Assembly: GCA_913054375.1 (NCBI GenBank)
Contig: CAJXIQ010000002.1
Location: 1 to 56,151 of the forward strand
Length of the DNA stretch: 56,151 nt
DNA from: an uncultured Bacteroidota bacterium
GTDB lineage: Bacteria; Bacteroidota; Bacteroidia; NS11-12g; UBA9320
Direction of reading: 5' to 3'
A model generated the notes under the pieces. The model was not told where the DNA came from. It was given only the letters and a program-made list of their open reading frames with translations, and ran no database searches. A program made the position numbers and the translations under genes. Within the stretch, counting starts at the first letter, position 1, and each line of letters starts with the position of its first letter. Positions 28,260 to 36,960 of the stretch are shown here, one piece after another.

Positions 28260-28333
28260 TGGGCCCACCTGGACTCGAACCAGGGACCACCTGATTATGA
28301 GTCAGGTGCTCTAACCAGCTGAGCTATAGGCCC
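28260..28333 (-). tRNA. tRNA with anticodon CAT (elongator Met or Ile2/lysidine type); no encoded CCA
   Basis: Minus strand reads GGGCCTATAGCTCAGCTGGTTAGAGCACCTGACTCATAATCAGGTGGTCCCTGGTTCGAGTCCAGGTGGGCCCA. It folds by eye into a cloverleaf with a 7-bp acceptor stem, a CCTGA/TCAGG anticodon stem and a GGTTCGAGTCC T-arm. Confidence 0.9.
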
Positions 28334-28366
28334 GGTTAGAATTTGTCCTTTGTTTCAAAAGGAATG

Positions 28367-28374
28367 CAAAAATA
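28367..28374 (-). promoter_or_regulatory. Bacteroidetes -7 box (TATTTTTG) for the tRNA
   Basis: Exact TAnnTTTG on the minus strand, 33 nt upstream of the mature tRNA 5-prime end. Confidence 0.45.
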
Positions 28375-28448
28375 GCTGCCTTATTCGATTGCACAAATAA
28401 AAAAAGATGACCAAAGCCATCTTTTTTTATTTCTCACTTTCGTACGAT

Positions 28449-28748
28449 CTATGTGCTGCTTGTAAGCTCTAACCAATCTGTATGGCAATACCCCAAAATC
28501 TCAGCATTTTTTACCTTGTGCCACTTTTCACTATGCTCTTCCACCAAGCTTACTTCAGATCCATTGGCAAATTTACCTACGATCTCACTTTTGATATCTG
28601 GACCTTTGCGGCAATTAAGGTTTGTACCTCGTGTAACTACCTTATACGTAACTCCAGATGAGGGCGCCTTTGCTGCTTTTGCAGTACCCTGAATTGGATT
28701 TACATCCGTAATTTCTTCTTTCTTTTTAAATAAATCAAATAATCCCAT
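28449..28748 (-). CDS. Bacterial SH3-domain protein
   Basis: LNCRKGPDIKSEIVGKFANGSEVSLVEEHSEKWHKV resembles SH3b (SH3_3). Confidence 0.6.
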   Translation of the reverse strand: MGLFDLFKKKEEITDVNPIQGTAKAAKAPSSGVTYKVVTRGTNLNCRKGPDIKSEIVGKFANGSEVSLVEEHSEKWHKVKNAEILGYCHTDWLELTSST

Positions 28749-28752
28749 AATT

Positions 28753-29142
28753 TTATTTTTTAACGGTAAACATCATTTTTTCTGAACCCTTGCTGAGTAT
28801 AAGACTCGTATCAGACAGCACAGAATGTATTGTTTCTGTTTGCCCATTTTCTGTCATTGTTAGCAGCGTACCTTCTTCATTAATGCTGAAAGCACCAGTA
28901 CCCGTAGTTCCTTGTATATCATAAATGTAACTGCTGTCATTTTTAAATGTATACATCACATCAGCAGCATTTATCTGGGCTAGTGCAAGGCTATCCGCTT
29001 CCGGCATTTCGACATTTGTCAGTTTCCACGAGTTACAGATAGTTGCAGAGGGAACCCTAGTAGTTGGATTTGTGCTACAAGCAGCGATAAATAAAAGTAT
29101 GCAAGCAAAAACAACAAAGCCCAAAGGAGCAAATTTTTTCAT
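28753..29142 (-). CDS. Lipocalin-like lipoprotein
   Basis: MKKFAPLGFVVFACILLFIAAC lipobox, then CNSWKLTNVEM... as in lipocalin-like domains. The ORF extends to 29160. Confidence 0.5.
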   Translation of the reverse strand: MKKFAPLGFVVFACILLFIAACSTNPTTRVPSATICNSWKLTNVEMPEADSLALAQINAADVMYTFKNDSSYIYDIQGTTGTGAFSINEEGTLLTMTENGQTETIHSVLSDTSLILSKGSEKMMFTVKK

Positions 29143-29175
29143 GTTGGTGTAGTGCATCATATTTATGTTGGGCTA

Positions 29176-29183
29176 CAAAGGTA
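29176..29183 (-). promoter_or_regulatory. Bacteroidetes -7 box (TACCTTTG)
   Basis: Exact TAnnTTTG on the minus strand, in the 35-nt gap above the lipoprotein gene. Confidence 0.4.
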
Positions 29184-29195
29184 CGTATTCACTTT

Positions 29196-31070
29196 TTATT
29201 TCAATATATTGTCTATTGTATTATATGCAACAGAATGGTAACCTGATCTGGCATCTTGATACACTGACTTGGCCCATTGCTTATTTTGATCCGTTGCTGC
29301 AAGTCTTGTGTACAGTGGAGTCAGGAACTTACGTCTGCCTACGTTAATGAGGAATTCTTTCATTGCCGGAAAAGCAAGCGTATAATTTTGCTCTATACTA
29401 TGCTTAAACCAATCGCAAGCAATCTCACTATTCCCTGTTTTTGTGAACTGAAAGGATGCATCCAAGTCTTTCATTTTTTCAAGATTCACATCTTTTAATC
29501 CACGCAAGAAATACAACCAGTGATGAGTAGTATATCCTTCTGTATTTATATCAGCTGCTTTTATTCTGTTATTATTGAATTTTGCAATTGCTGTTTCTAC
29601 CCTATCAAGTTCTGTAGAATTAGGAGTAGGAGCATTGTCTGGCAATCCTGGTCCATAAATCCAATCATTCGCATTGAGTCGGTTCTGCTCATCAGTAGAC
29701 AATAAGTGTGTATTTAGGTAATTAATAAACCCTTCAGTGTCCATTGTCTTAAACTTGTTTTCAGTAAAGTATTTCTTCAAAAACGCATCAAATCGTTCTC
29801 GTCCTACAATGGCTTCCGCCGTTTGTAAAAAGAAGCGGCCCTTTTCGTACGCTACATCCGTAAGCCCGTCATCTGGGTCTCTCCCATCCAAATTTAAATA
29901 CAAATGTGTGTCCTCTGCTTTGCCTTCCGCTTGCAGCTCTGCTAGTGTTCTTTCCAAATCACCCATCCCTAGTTTTGTAAGCATATCTTCATATGGCTTT
30001 CCAAAAATCTTCTCCATAATACGTTGCTCAAAATAGACAGTAAAGCCCTCGTTTAGCCAAAAATCATTCCACGTCTCATTGGTCACCAGGTTGCCACTCC
30101 AGCTATGTGCTAGTTCATGAGCAATCAATGCTACTAAACTTCTATCACCGGCTATTATAGTAGGTGTTGCAAAGGTTAGTCGTGGATTTTCCATTCCGCC
30201 AAATGGGAAACTTGGAGGCAAAATGACTACATCGTACCTACCCCATGCATATGGACCATAAAGAGTCTCAGCACTATCAATCATACTCTGCATTGCATTG
30301 AGCTCCCAAACTGCTTTGTCTAACATTGCAGGTTCTGCATATACCCCGGAATTTCTTCCTGTAGAAGCAAACGAAAGATCCCCTACCGTTAGTGCTAACA
30401 AGTAAGAGCTTATGGGCTGTTCCATTTTAAAGGTGTAAACACCGTCTGCCCGTTTTGTCGTACCATTTTCTGCACTCATCAAGGCAATCAATGATGGGTC
30501 TGTTTTTATAGTAGCGTCGTAGGTGAATTTTATACCAGGACCATCCTGACAAGGTACCCACGTACGAGCGAGTATAGCTTGTGATTGGCTAAACAGAAAT
30601 GGATGCTTCTTGCCAAGTGTCTGCATTGGGTCTAGCCATTGCAAAGCATCGGCATCTGAGCTTGTGGTGTAATATACTTTGACATTTTTTGTTTCGGGTT
30701 GTATCGTAATATTCAATGGGCTACCAAAGACAGGACTCTCGTCACCAAGAGCAAAAGCAACCGAATCTCCATTGTCATCAATTACCCCATGTATGTCCAA
30801 TTTCCGCGCATCTAGAACCAGTAAACTCCCATTGTTCAAATTATTAATCTCTAATGTGGCACTGCCCTTCAACATCTTTTTGTCAAAATCCACCTCTAAA
30901 TCCAATGAAATATGCTTCACACGAACGTCATTAAAATTAGCGTAAGTATGTGCATCTGCACTTAAGCTATCTGCATCGTTTTCTCCGCCAAGGTCTATAC
31001 TAGAACACCCCATAGCAAGGAAAATAAAGGCAATAGCTACTGTTTCAAATTGTACTAATCGATTCCACAT
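29196..31070 (-). CDS. M1-family zinc aminopeptidase (leukotriene A4 hydrolase/aminopeptidase N-like), lipoprotein
   Basis: FGGMENP and HELAHSWSGN...WLNEGFTVY (HEXXH-18-E). Lipobox LAMGCSS after MWNRL at 31070. The track start at 31142 is a GTG. Confidence 0.9.
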   Translation of the reverse strand: MWNRLVQFETVAIAFIFLAMGCSSIDLGGENDADSLSADAHTYANFNDVRVKHISLDLEVDFDKKMLKGSATLEINNLNNGSLLVLDARKLDIHGVIDDNGDSVAFALGDESPVFGSPLNITIQPETKNVKVYYTTSSDADALQWLDPMQTLGKKHPFLFSQSQAILARTWVPCQDGPGIKFTYDATIKTDPSLIALMSAENGTTKRADGVYTFKMEQPISSYLLALTVGDLSFASTGRNSGVYAEPAMLDKAVWELNAMQSMIDSAETLYGPYAWGRYDVVILPPSFPFGGMENPRLTFATPTIIAGDRSLVALIAHELAHSWSGNLVTNETWNDFWLNEGFTVYFEQRIMEKIFGKPYEDMLTKLGMGDLERTLAELQAEGKAEDTHLYLNLDGRDPDDGLTDVAYEKGRFFLQTAEAIVGRERFDAFLKKYFTENKFKTMDTEGFINYLNTHLLSTDEQNRLNANDWIYGPGLPDNAPTPNSTELDRVETAIAKFNNNRIKAADINTEGYTTHHWLYFLRGLKDVNLEKMKDLDASFQFTKTGNSEIACDWFKHSIEQNYTLAFPAMKEFLINVGRRKFLTPLYTRLAATDQNKQWAKSVYQDARSGYHSVAYNTIDNILK

Positions 31071-31241
31071 ATGAATGCAAAGTAACAATGCTAAAGCATT
31101 GAACTGTGCATAATGTGTCACATTTATTGTATTAATCCACACTACGTCAATTTGTTTAAAATAAAAAAAAGGTATTTTCGTTGTCTTCTAAATAGTGAAT
31201 CAGCTAGTCGGCTGGTGTACTTTAGACCAAAAAATTAACGC

Positions 31242-32120
31242 ATGAACAAATTACTTTTTACCCTACTATTTTTTAGTGCTTTTAGTCTAACTACCAATGC
31301 CCAGACTTGGGACGATTCTGGTGATAGTTGGGACGATTCCGGAGATAGTTGGGATGATTCTGGATCTGATGACAAATCAGCTGGAGATTATGACTATGAT
31401 CAAGGTTCTGGCGGTACAACTAGTGACTACGCAGATACTTCTGGCGGTGACGATTGGGGTAATGACGATTGGGGCGATGATGATGGTGGATTCGACTTCG
31501 GAGGAGGAGGAGGAGACTATGTTCGTTCCACTCGACCAAAGACAGAGGCTAGGCCTTATGAGCGCTTCACTGGAATGCCTTACGATAGCGCTTCACAATT
31601 GGTTACCTATTTAGAAATCGTAGACGTAATTGTGCCAGAAAAATTTTTAGACCTAGGAGGTGACGACTACTCTGTATATGATTCGCTCTACACAAGAGCG
31701 CTGACGTGGATGCAAACCGAGTTTGGTAAACGAGAAGCGAAGCAAATGATAGATGCTGCAGGAGAAGACACAGAAGGAAAAGAGGGGTCTACTATAAAGG
31801 CATACGTTACTATACCGCTAAAAGTGCAAGAAAGTAAGTACCAAACAAAAGATGCTGGAACCCTTGAGTTTGATATGGAACTTCGTTTCAAAGACGAGCG
31901 TTACAGATATAAATTTGAAAACTTCGTACATGTGCAATCCAATACATCAGGAGAAAAAGATATGGATGTAACCTACATGGAATACTACTTAAGCGCTAAA
32001 AAGAACATTCGTGGCAACGACAAAATTCTAATCGCTTGCAATACTCAAGTAACTAAATTAATTGAAGGTCTGAAGGCAACGTGTCAAGCTACTCCTTTCA
32101 TCGATGATGACGACTGGTAG
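31242..32120 (+). CDS. Secreted protein with acidic W/D/G-rich repeat region and DUF4468-like C-terminal domain
   Basis: Signal peptide ending TNAQ; WDDSGDS x3; DDWGNDDWGDDDGGFDFGGGGGD. The C-terminal globular part ends in FIDDDDW. Confidence 0.55.
   Translation: MNKLLFTLLFFSAFSLTTNAQTWDDSGDSWDDSGDSWDDSGSDDKSAGDYDYDQGSGGTTSDYADTSGGDDWGNDDWGDDDGGFDFGGGGGDYVRSTRPKTEARPYERFTGMPYDSASQLVTYLEIVDVIVPEKFLDLGGDDYSVYDSLYTRALTWMQTEFGKREAKQMIDAAGEDTEGKEGSTIKAYVTIPLKVQESKYQTKDAGTLEFDMELRFKDERYRYKFENFVHVQSNTSGEKDMDVTYMEYYLSAKKNIRGNDKILIACNTQVTKLIEGLKATCQATPFIDDDDW
31308..31370 (+). repeat. Three tandem 21-bp units encoding WDDSGDS/WDDSGDS/WDDSGSD
   Basis: tgggacgattctggtgatagt / tgggacgattccggagatagt / tgggatgattctggatctgat. 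Confidence 0.9.
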
Positions 32121-32142
32121 CACTTGATAAAAAACAAAACTT

Positions 32143-32176
32143 AAAAATCCTTTGCGCTTTGCGTAAGGGATTTTTT
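32143..32176 (+). terminator. Rho-independent terminator
   Basis: The A-run plus cctttgcg ... cgtaaggg stem is followed by tttttt. Confidence 0.7.
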
Positions 32177-32371
32177 GTTATACGTACATTTGAAGAATCA
32201 ATGCTTTCGGCACTTTGTATATTTTGTACACTCCTCTTTACTTTGCGCTGTACACCGCATCGTTTGCTAATGCTGCATCTTACCTGCATCAACAGCCTTG
32301 TGCCAGAACAACCCATACGTGACAAGTGGAGCAAGTTTGGCAAATCAACACCCACAAAAAGATACGTATAA

Positions 32372-33259
32372 ATGGCAAGCTATAAACAAGAGTGGATTGA
32401 TGCTCTGAAACATTTGCGATTGCACTTTTCTTTGCTACTAATGCCAGTATTCTTGTTTGCTGTATCTCAGTTGCCTGAGGTAAACTACACGATTGCTGCC
32501 CTTGTTTTCATTATTCTTCATGTACTCACCTACCCCGCCAGTAATATTTTTAATAGTTACTACGACCGAGATATTGGCAGTGTTGGAGGATTGAAAAATC
32601 CACCTCCCCCAAATAAGAAAATGCTTTGGTTAGCAAACACCCTTGATATCTCAGCTCTACTATTTTCACTCAGCATAAGCAATACATTTGCCTTGTTAAT
32701 CTCTGTATACATTTCCGCTTCAAGGCTCTATAGCTATAGACCTATCCGACTAAAACAATATCCAATTATCGGATTTTTCGTAATTTTTATCTTTCAAGGT
32801 GCTTTTACTTTTTACCTTTCTAGTTATGGCTGTCTACATCGAGATGTATCTCCATCACGCCTATTTGGACTCCACTTAAGTGAAATCTTGCCCATGGTAG
32901 CTTCATCATTCCAAATAGGAGCCATATACCCACTTACCCAGATTTACCAACATAAAAGTGACTTAGCAGATGGCGTAACTACCTTGAGTTGCAAACTAGG
33001 CTACAGAGGTACATTTATATTCGCAGGAATTATGTTTAGCATTGCTGCGCTATTCTACTACCTCCACTTTTCCAAAACAGATATTACTTCCTTTTATCTC
33101 TTCACCGCAATACAAGTACCCATCATAGGGTATTTCGTTTATTGGGCGAGTAAGGTTTGGAAAGATATCACGTATGCGGACTATAAGCACACGATGTATA
33201 TGAATGTAATTGCTGCCGTAGTATTCAATTTATTCTTCCTTTACTTAATTTTAACATAG
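32372..33259 (+). CDS. UbiA-superfamily aromatic prenyltransferase
   Basis: Polytopic membrane protein with Asp-rich motifs NSYYDRDIG and KSDLADG. Confidence 0.8.
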   Translation: MASYKQEWIDALKHLRLHFSLLLMPVFLFAVSQLPEVNYTIAALVFIILHVLTYPASNIFNSYYDRDIGSVGGLKNPPPPNKKMLWLANTLDISALLFSLSISNTFALLISVYISASRLYSYRPIRLKQYPIIGFFVIFIFQGAFTFYLSSYGCLHRDVSPSRLFGLHLSEILPMVASSFQIGAIYPLTQIYQHKSDLADGVTTLSCKLGYRGTFIFAGIMFSIAALFYYLHFSKTDITSFYLFTAIQVPIIGYFVYWASKVWKDITYADYKHTMYMNVIAAVVFNLFFLYLILT

Positions 33260-33262
33260 GTC

Positions 33263-34282
33263 TTGAGCTACATACAACATATAGGTACAGCTGCACCCAA
33301 AAACTCGCTTACTCAAGATGAGTTTGCTGAAATTTATTCTTCTCTGACGAATGACTCCGACATTAAGCGTAAAATAAAATTCTTGACTGCCCGCAGCGAG
33401 ATAGAGAAAAGGCATTGTGTTGAACCTCATATTAAAAAACTTATCCCGTTATCGCTGGAGGAAAAGCTAGCAACATACCACACCAACGCTATAGCACTTG
33501 CAGAGGAAGCGGTACGGGACAATCCTGCGTTCCAAAAACACAAAGACAATATCACTGATGTCATATTCATAAGCTGCACAGGTATGCAAGCTCCAGGGGT
33601 GGAAATAGATCTGATACATAAGTTAGGTCTTTCTTCTACTACACACAGATACAACATAAATTTCATGGGTTGCTATGCTGCACTTACTGGATTGCGTATA
33701 GCCAAGGATATAACTGCCACAGCTGGAAGGACTGTGTTGATGATTTCTGTGGAACTGTGTACGCTCCACTTTCAGCACCAGTTTGCAGACGACTACTTAC
33801 TGTCCAATTCCTTGTTTGCAGATGGAGCAGCCGCCGTAATTATAACGTCAGAGAAACACAACGCTACATATCAGTTAATCGACTTTGAATCTCGCCTATT
33901 GCCTACATCCAAAGATGAAATGAGTTGGAAAATATCTCCATCTGGATTTCTGATGACGCTTTCTGGTACCGTTCCCAATACGATCAGCAAATCATTAAAC
34001 CAAAAACGATTGTTTGACAAAAATCCGCAGCAAGTTGGGTGGGCCATACACCCCGGAGGTAAGCAAATTATCGATGGCATTAAGACCACTTTGAATATAG
34101 ATGAATCCGAAGTAACAGCTTCTAGAAAAATACTATCCGAACAGGGGAATATGTCTTCTGCTACTATCCTTTTTGTGCTTAAAGAAATGCTCAATAACAG
34201 GCCGTCTGCCAAGAAAGAGTTCATTGCGTGTGCTTTTGGACCTGGGCTTACTTTAGAATCTGCCCTACTCGCATATGTTTAA
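33263..34282 (+). CDS. Type III polyketide synthase (chalcone/stilbene synthase family)
   Basis: Catalytic Cys (FISCTGMQAPG), His (WAIHPGGKQI) and Asn (GNMSSATILF), plus AFGPGLT. TTG start 3 nt after the UbiA stop. Confidence 0.9.
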   Translation: MSYIQHIGTAAPKNSLTQDEFAEIYSSLTNDSDIKRKIKFLTARSEIEKRHCVEPHIKKLIPLSLEEKLATYHTNAIALAEEAVRDNPAFQKHKDNITDVIFISCTGMQAPGVEIDLIHKLGLSSTTHRYNINFMGCYAALTGLRIAKDITATAGRTVLMISVELCTLHFQHQFADDYLLSNSLFADGAAAVIITSEKHNATYQLIDFESRLLPTSKDEMSWKISPSGFLMTLSGTVPNTISKSLNQKRLFDKNPQQVGWAIHPGGKQIIDGIKTTLNIDESEVTASRKILSEQGNMSSATILFVLKEMLNNRPSAKKEFIACAFGPGLTLESALLAYV

Positions 34283-34949
34283 CCACCGCTCCCATACCAA
34301 AGAGTTTTTAGACGGTGCAGTAGGCCAAAAAGACTTGGAGCTTAACTTGAAAGAGCTCCACACAATAAACACGTTATTGGGCGGCTATGCCATATCCACC
34401 AATGCATTAAAAACACTTGATTTAGAAAATAAAACGCTAGTAGATATAGGTTCTGGTGGTGGCGATATGCTCGACGTTATTCGTCAATGGACCCAAAAAA
34501 AAGGCATTAACTTGAATCTATACGGTGTGGACCTCAAAGAAGAGTGTAGCCAGTATGCCCAATCTCACTTGCCCAATACACTTACTTTCATACATGACGA
34601 CTACCGCAATATAGAAAACCACATAAAGCAAATCGACTACCTACACGCATGCCTATTTACACACCACCTGTCCGATGACCAAATCATAGATTTAATCCGC
34701 TTTGCCATTGAACGAAAAATAACGTTAATCATTAATGACCTAGAACGTAATTTTATCGCTTATTACGCCATTATGCTATTGACTCGTCTTTTCTCCAAGT
34801 CGTATCTGGTAAAAAATGACGCACCTTTGAGTGTGCTTCGTGGGTTTAAGAAAAAAGAATGGCTTACTTACCTAAAAAAAGCAGGTGCTACCCATTACAC
34901 TGTTAAATGGAAATGGGCATTTCGCCATCAAATAATTGTATATGGATAA
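34275..34949 (+). CDS. SAM-dependent methyltransferase
   Basis: Motif I LVDIGSGGGDM. 8-nt overlap with the PKS gene. Confidence 0.8.
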   Translation: MFNHRSHTKEFLDGAVGQKDLELNLKELHTINTLLGGYAISTNALKTLDLENKTLVDIGSGGGDMLDVIRQWTQKKGINLNLYGVDLKEECSQYAQSHLPNTLTFIHDDYRNIENHIKQIDYLHACLFTHHLSDDQIIDLIRFAIERKITLIINDLERNFIAYYAIMLLTRLFSKSYLVKNDAPLSVLRGFKKKEWLTYLKKAGATHYTVKWKWAFRHQIIVYG

Positions 34950-36054
34950 GTACGATGTAGGCATAATCGGTGCAGGAATAGCCGGCAGTTGCTTGGCTAT
35001 TCTACTAGCAGAAGAGGGGAAATCGGTAGTGGTCTTTGAGAAAGAGGATTATCCAAGCCATAAAGTATGCGGCGAGTTTATCTCTTTGGAATCTTACGCA
35101 TTTTTTAAAAGTCTAGGCTTGCCACTCGATGATTGGAACCTTCCAATTATTAAAAACCTACAACTCACTTCTCAAAAGGGGGGAGAGCTTAATACCTCCT
35201 TAAAAACAGGTGGGTTTGGGTTGAGCAGGTACAAACTAGACCACGCACTTGCTGAGCAAATGAAAAAATCTGGAGTACATTTTCATCCTAAAACTAAGGT
35301 AACCGAAGTGCAAAACGAAATGATCTCCACTGCCAATGGAACATATAAAACGGACTTAATTATAGGCTCACACGGCAAGTACTCCCCAGGGTACTTAAAA
35401 AGACCCAAAACTGCCGCCAAGAGGAAATACATCGGCGTAAAGTATCATATCAAAGGAGATTTCAAAGAGAACCTCATCTCTCTCCACTCATTTGACGGTG
35501 GATACTGCGGAATAAGTAAAATAGAAGACAATCAATATTGTTTGTGCTACTTGGCAGACGCCTCAAAACTCAAATATCACAACAACAATATCCGTGCATT
35601 CGAAAAAAACGTACTATTCAAAAATAAAAAATTGAAGGAAGTATACTCCAAAGCTGAATTTATGTGGGCCAAACCATTGGTAATTAGCAACATAAAATTC
35701 AACAAGCAGCAGCTATACAATGAACACATGCTTTTTGTAGGAGATGCTGCTGGGAGCATAAGTCCGCTTAGTGGCAACGGCATGAGCATAGCTGCCCGAA
35801 GCGCACTAGTCTTGTCTCAACTAATTCTTGAGGAAGAAAACTTTGCTCAACTCAGAACGCGATACAACAAAGAATGGGACCTCCACTTTGGTGGACGAGT
35901 GAATAAAGCCGAACTACTAAACAAACTAATGCTTAATCCTACTGCCCATCATTTAGTATTAAAAGCATTAAATGCTTTCTCTCCGTTACGTCATAAAGTG
36001 GTCAATGATATGCAAGGTGATTCTTTTGTAAGGAATTTTCGTGTAATTCGTTAA
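34936..36054 (+). CDS. FAD-dependent oxidoreductase/monooxygenase (geranylgeranyl-reductase-like fold)
   Basis: GIIGAGIAGSCLA dinucleotide fold and GDAAGSISPLSGNGM. Overlaps the methyltransferase stop. Confidence 0.8.
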   Translation: MYMDKYDVGIIGAGIAGSCLAILLAEEGKSVVVFEKEDYPSHKVCGEFISLESYAFFKSLGLPLDDWNLPIIKNLQLTSQKGGELNTSLKTGGFGLSRYKLDHALAEQMKKSGVHFHPKTKVTEVQNEMISTANGTYKTDLIIGSHGKYSPGYLKRPKTAAKRKYIGVKYHIKGDFKENLISLHSFDGGYCGISKIEDNQYCLCYLADASKLKYHNNNIRAFEKNVLFKNKKLKEVYSKAEFMWAKPLVISNIKFNKQQLYNEHMLFVGDAAGSISPLSGNGMSIAARSALVLSQLILEEENFAQLRTRYNKEWDLHFGGRVNKAELLNKLMLNPTAHHLVLKALNAFSPLRHKVVNDMQGDSFVRNFRVIR

Positions 36055-36224
36055 CTCCGACTGGTGTAACACTTAAATATAAAGATGTGAGTATTCCTTC
36101 ATTCCCTCTCCAGCATTATTGTATGCGTAGAGGGAATGATAGTATCAAATCTATTCGATTTCGATGACACACTCCCCTACTAGGTTGGTATAGAATGCTT
36201 TTAAAACCACTGATGACAATACAT

Positions 36225-36956
36225 ATGAACAAACTAATCCTAATAACACTGCTATCCATTCCAAGCTTATTCGGCTACGGACAATCCAATTTCAAACAAA
36301 AGCACGATTTTGGACTAGCATTGAGTTATGCTCCAAATGAATTTGCTGGAGCTCTTTCGTGGAAACAAATGCATGGCATTACTTCCAAAGCTAAATTTAA
36401 ACTTGGATACGGCCTCAGGTTTAACGCTTACGCTGCTAGTAATCGCACGTATATAACGGCTCCAGCCTATCTTACAAGCGGTGAAAAAGGACCCCAGGTA
36501 CTGTTTATCGAGAATATAGAAGAAAATATTGACACCTTTAGTGTAGCAAAAGCACAACACAATTCGCTCAATGCAGTCATCTATTTGGAGTATGATATCT
36601 CTGATAAATGGGGTGTTGGATTCAATATAGATGCTGCTGGCATAGCTTTTGGTAAAGAGGTGTTAGGCACACCTATAAGCAGCAATAAACCAGTGAACAC
36701 CGTAAATCAACTCTCTGCAAAACCCACGGCATATAATGTGCTGCTCATAAGCGATAATGATATCGGAATGCTCAACAGTGAACTATACGTAAAATATAAT
36801 GTGACCACAAAGCTGACTGTTAATGCAGGTTTTACCTTTTTGTTTACCGAATACACCACCACTGAAAAAATAACCTACAATGACAATAACGATCGTTTCA
36901 GAAATAAATCACTCCTTGGAATGATCAGCATCAATTACAAACCATTTAAAAAGTAA
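36225..36956 (+). CDS. Putative outer-membrane beta-barrel protein
   Basis: Signal peptide MNKLILITLLSIPSLFGYGQ, alternating beta-strand pattern, and C-terminal ISINYKPFKK. Confidence 0.5.
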   Translation: MNKLILITLLSIPSLFGYGQSNFKQKHDFGLALSYAPNEFAGALSWKQMHGITSKAKFKLGYGLRFNAYAASNRTYITAPAYLTSGEKGPQVLFIENIEENIDTFSVAKAQHNSLNAVIYLEYDISDKWGVGFNIDAAGIAFGKEVLGTPISSNKPVNTVNQLSAKPTAYNVLLISDNDIGMLNSELYVKYNVTTKLTVNAGFTFLFTEYTTTEKITYNDNNDRFRNKSLLGMISINYKPFKK

Positions 36957-36960
36957 CACA

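Noticed and set aside
31297-31614. 105-aa alternative-frame ORF over the acidic repeat region
   Set aside because: It is an out-of-frame shadow of the W/D/G repeat coding sequence. The annotated frame has a signal peptide and a coherent C-terminal domain.
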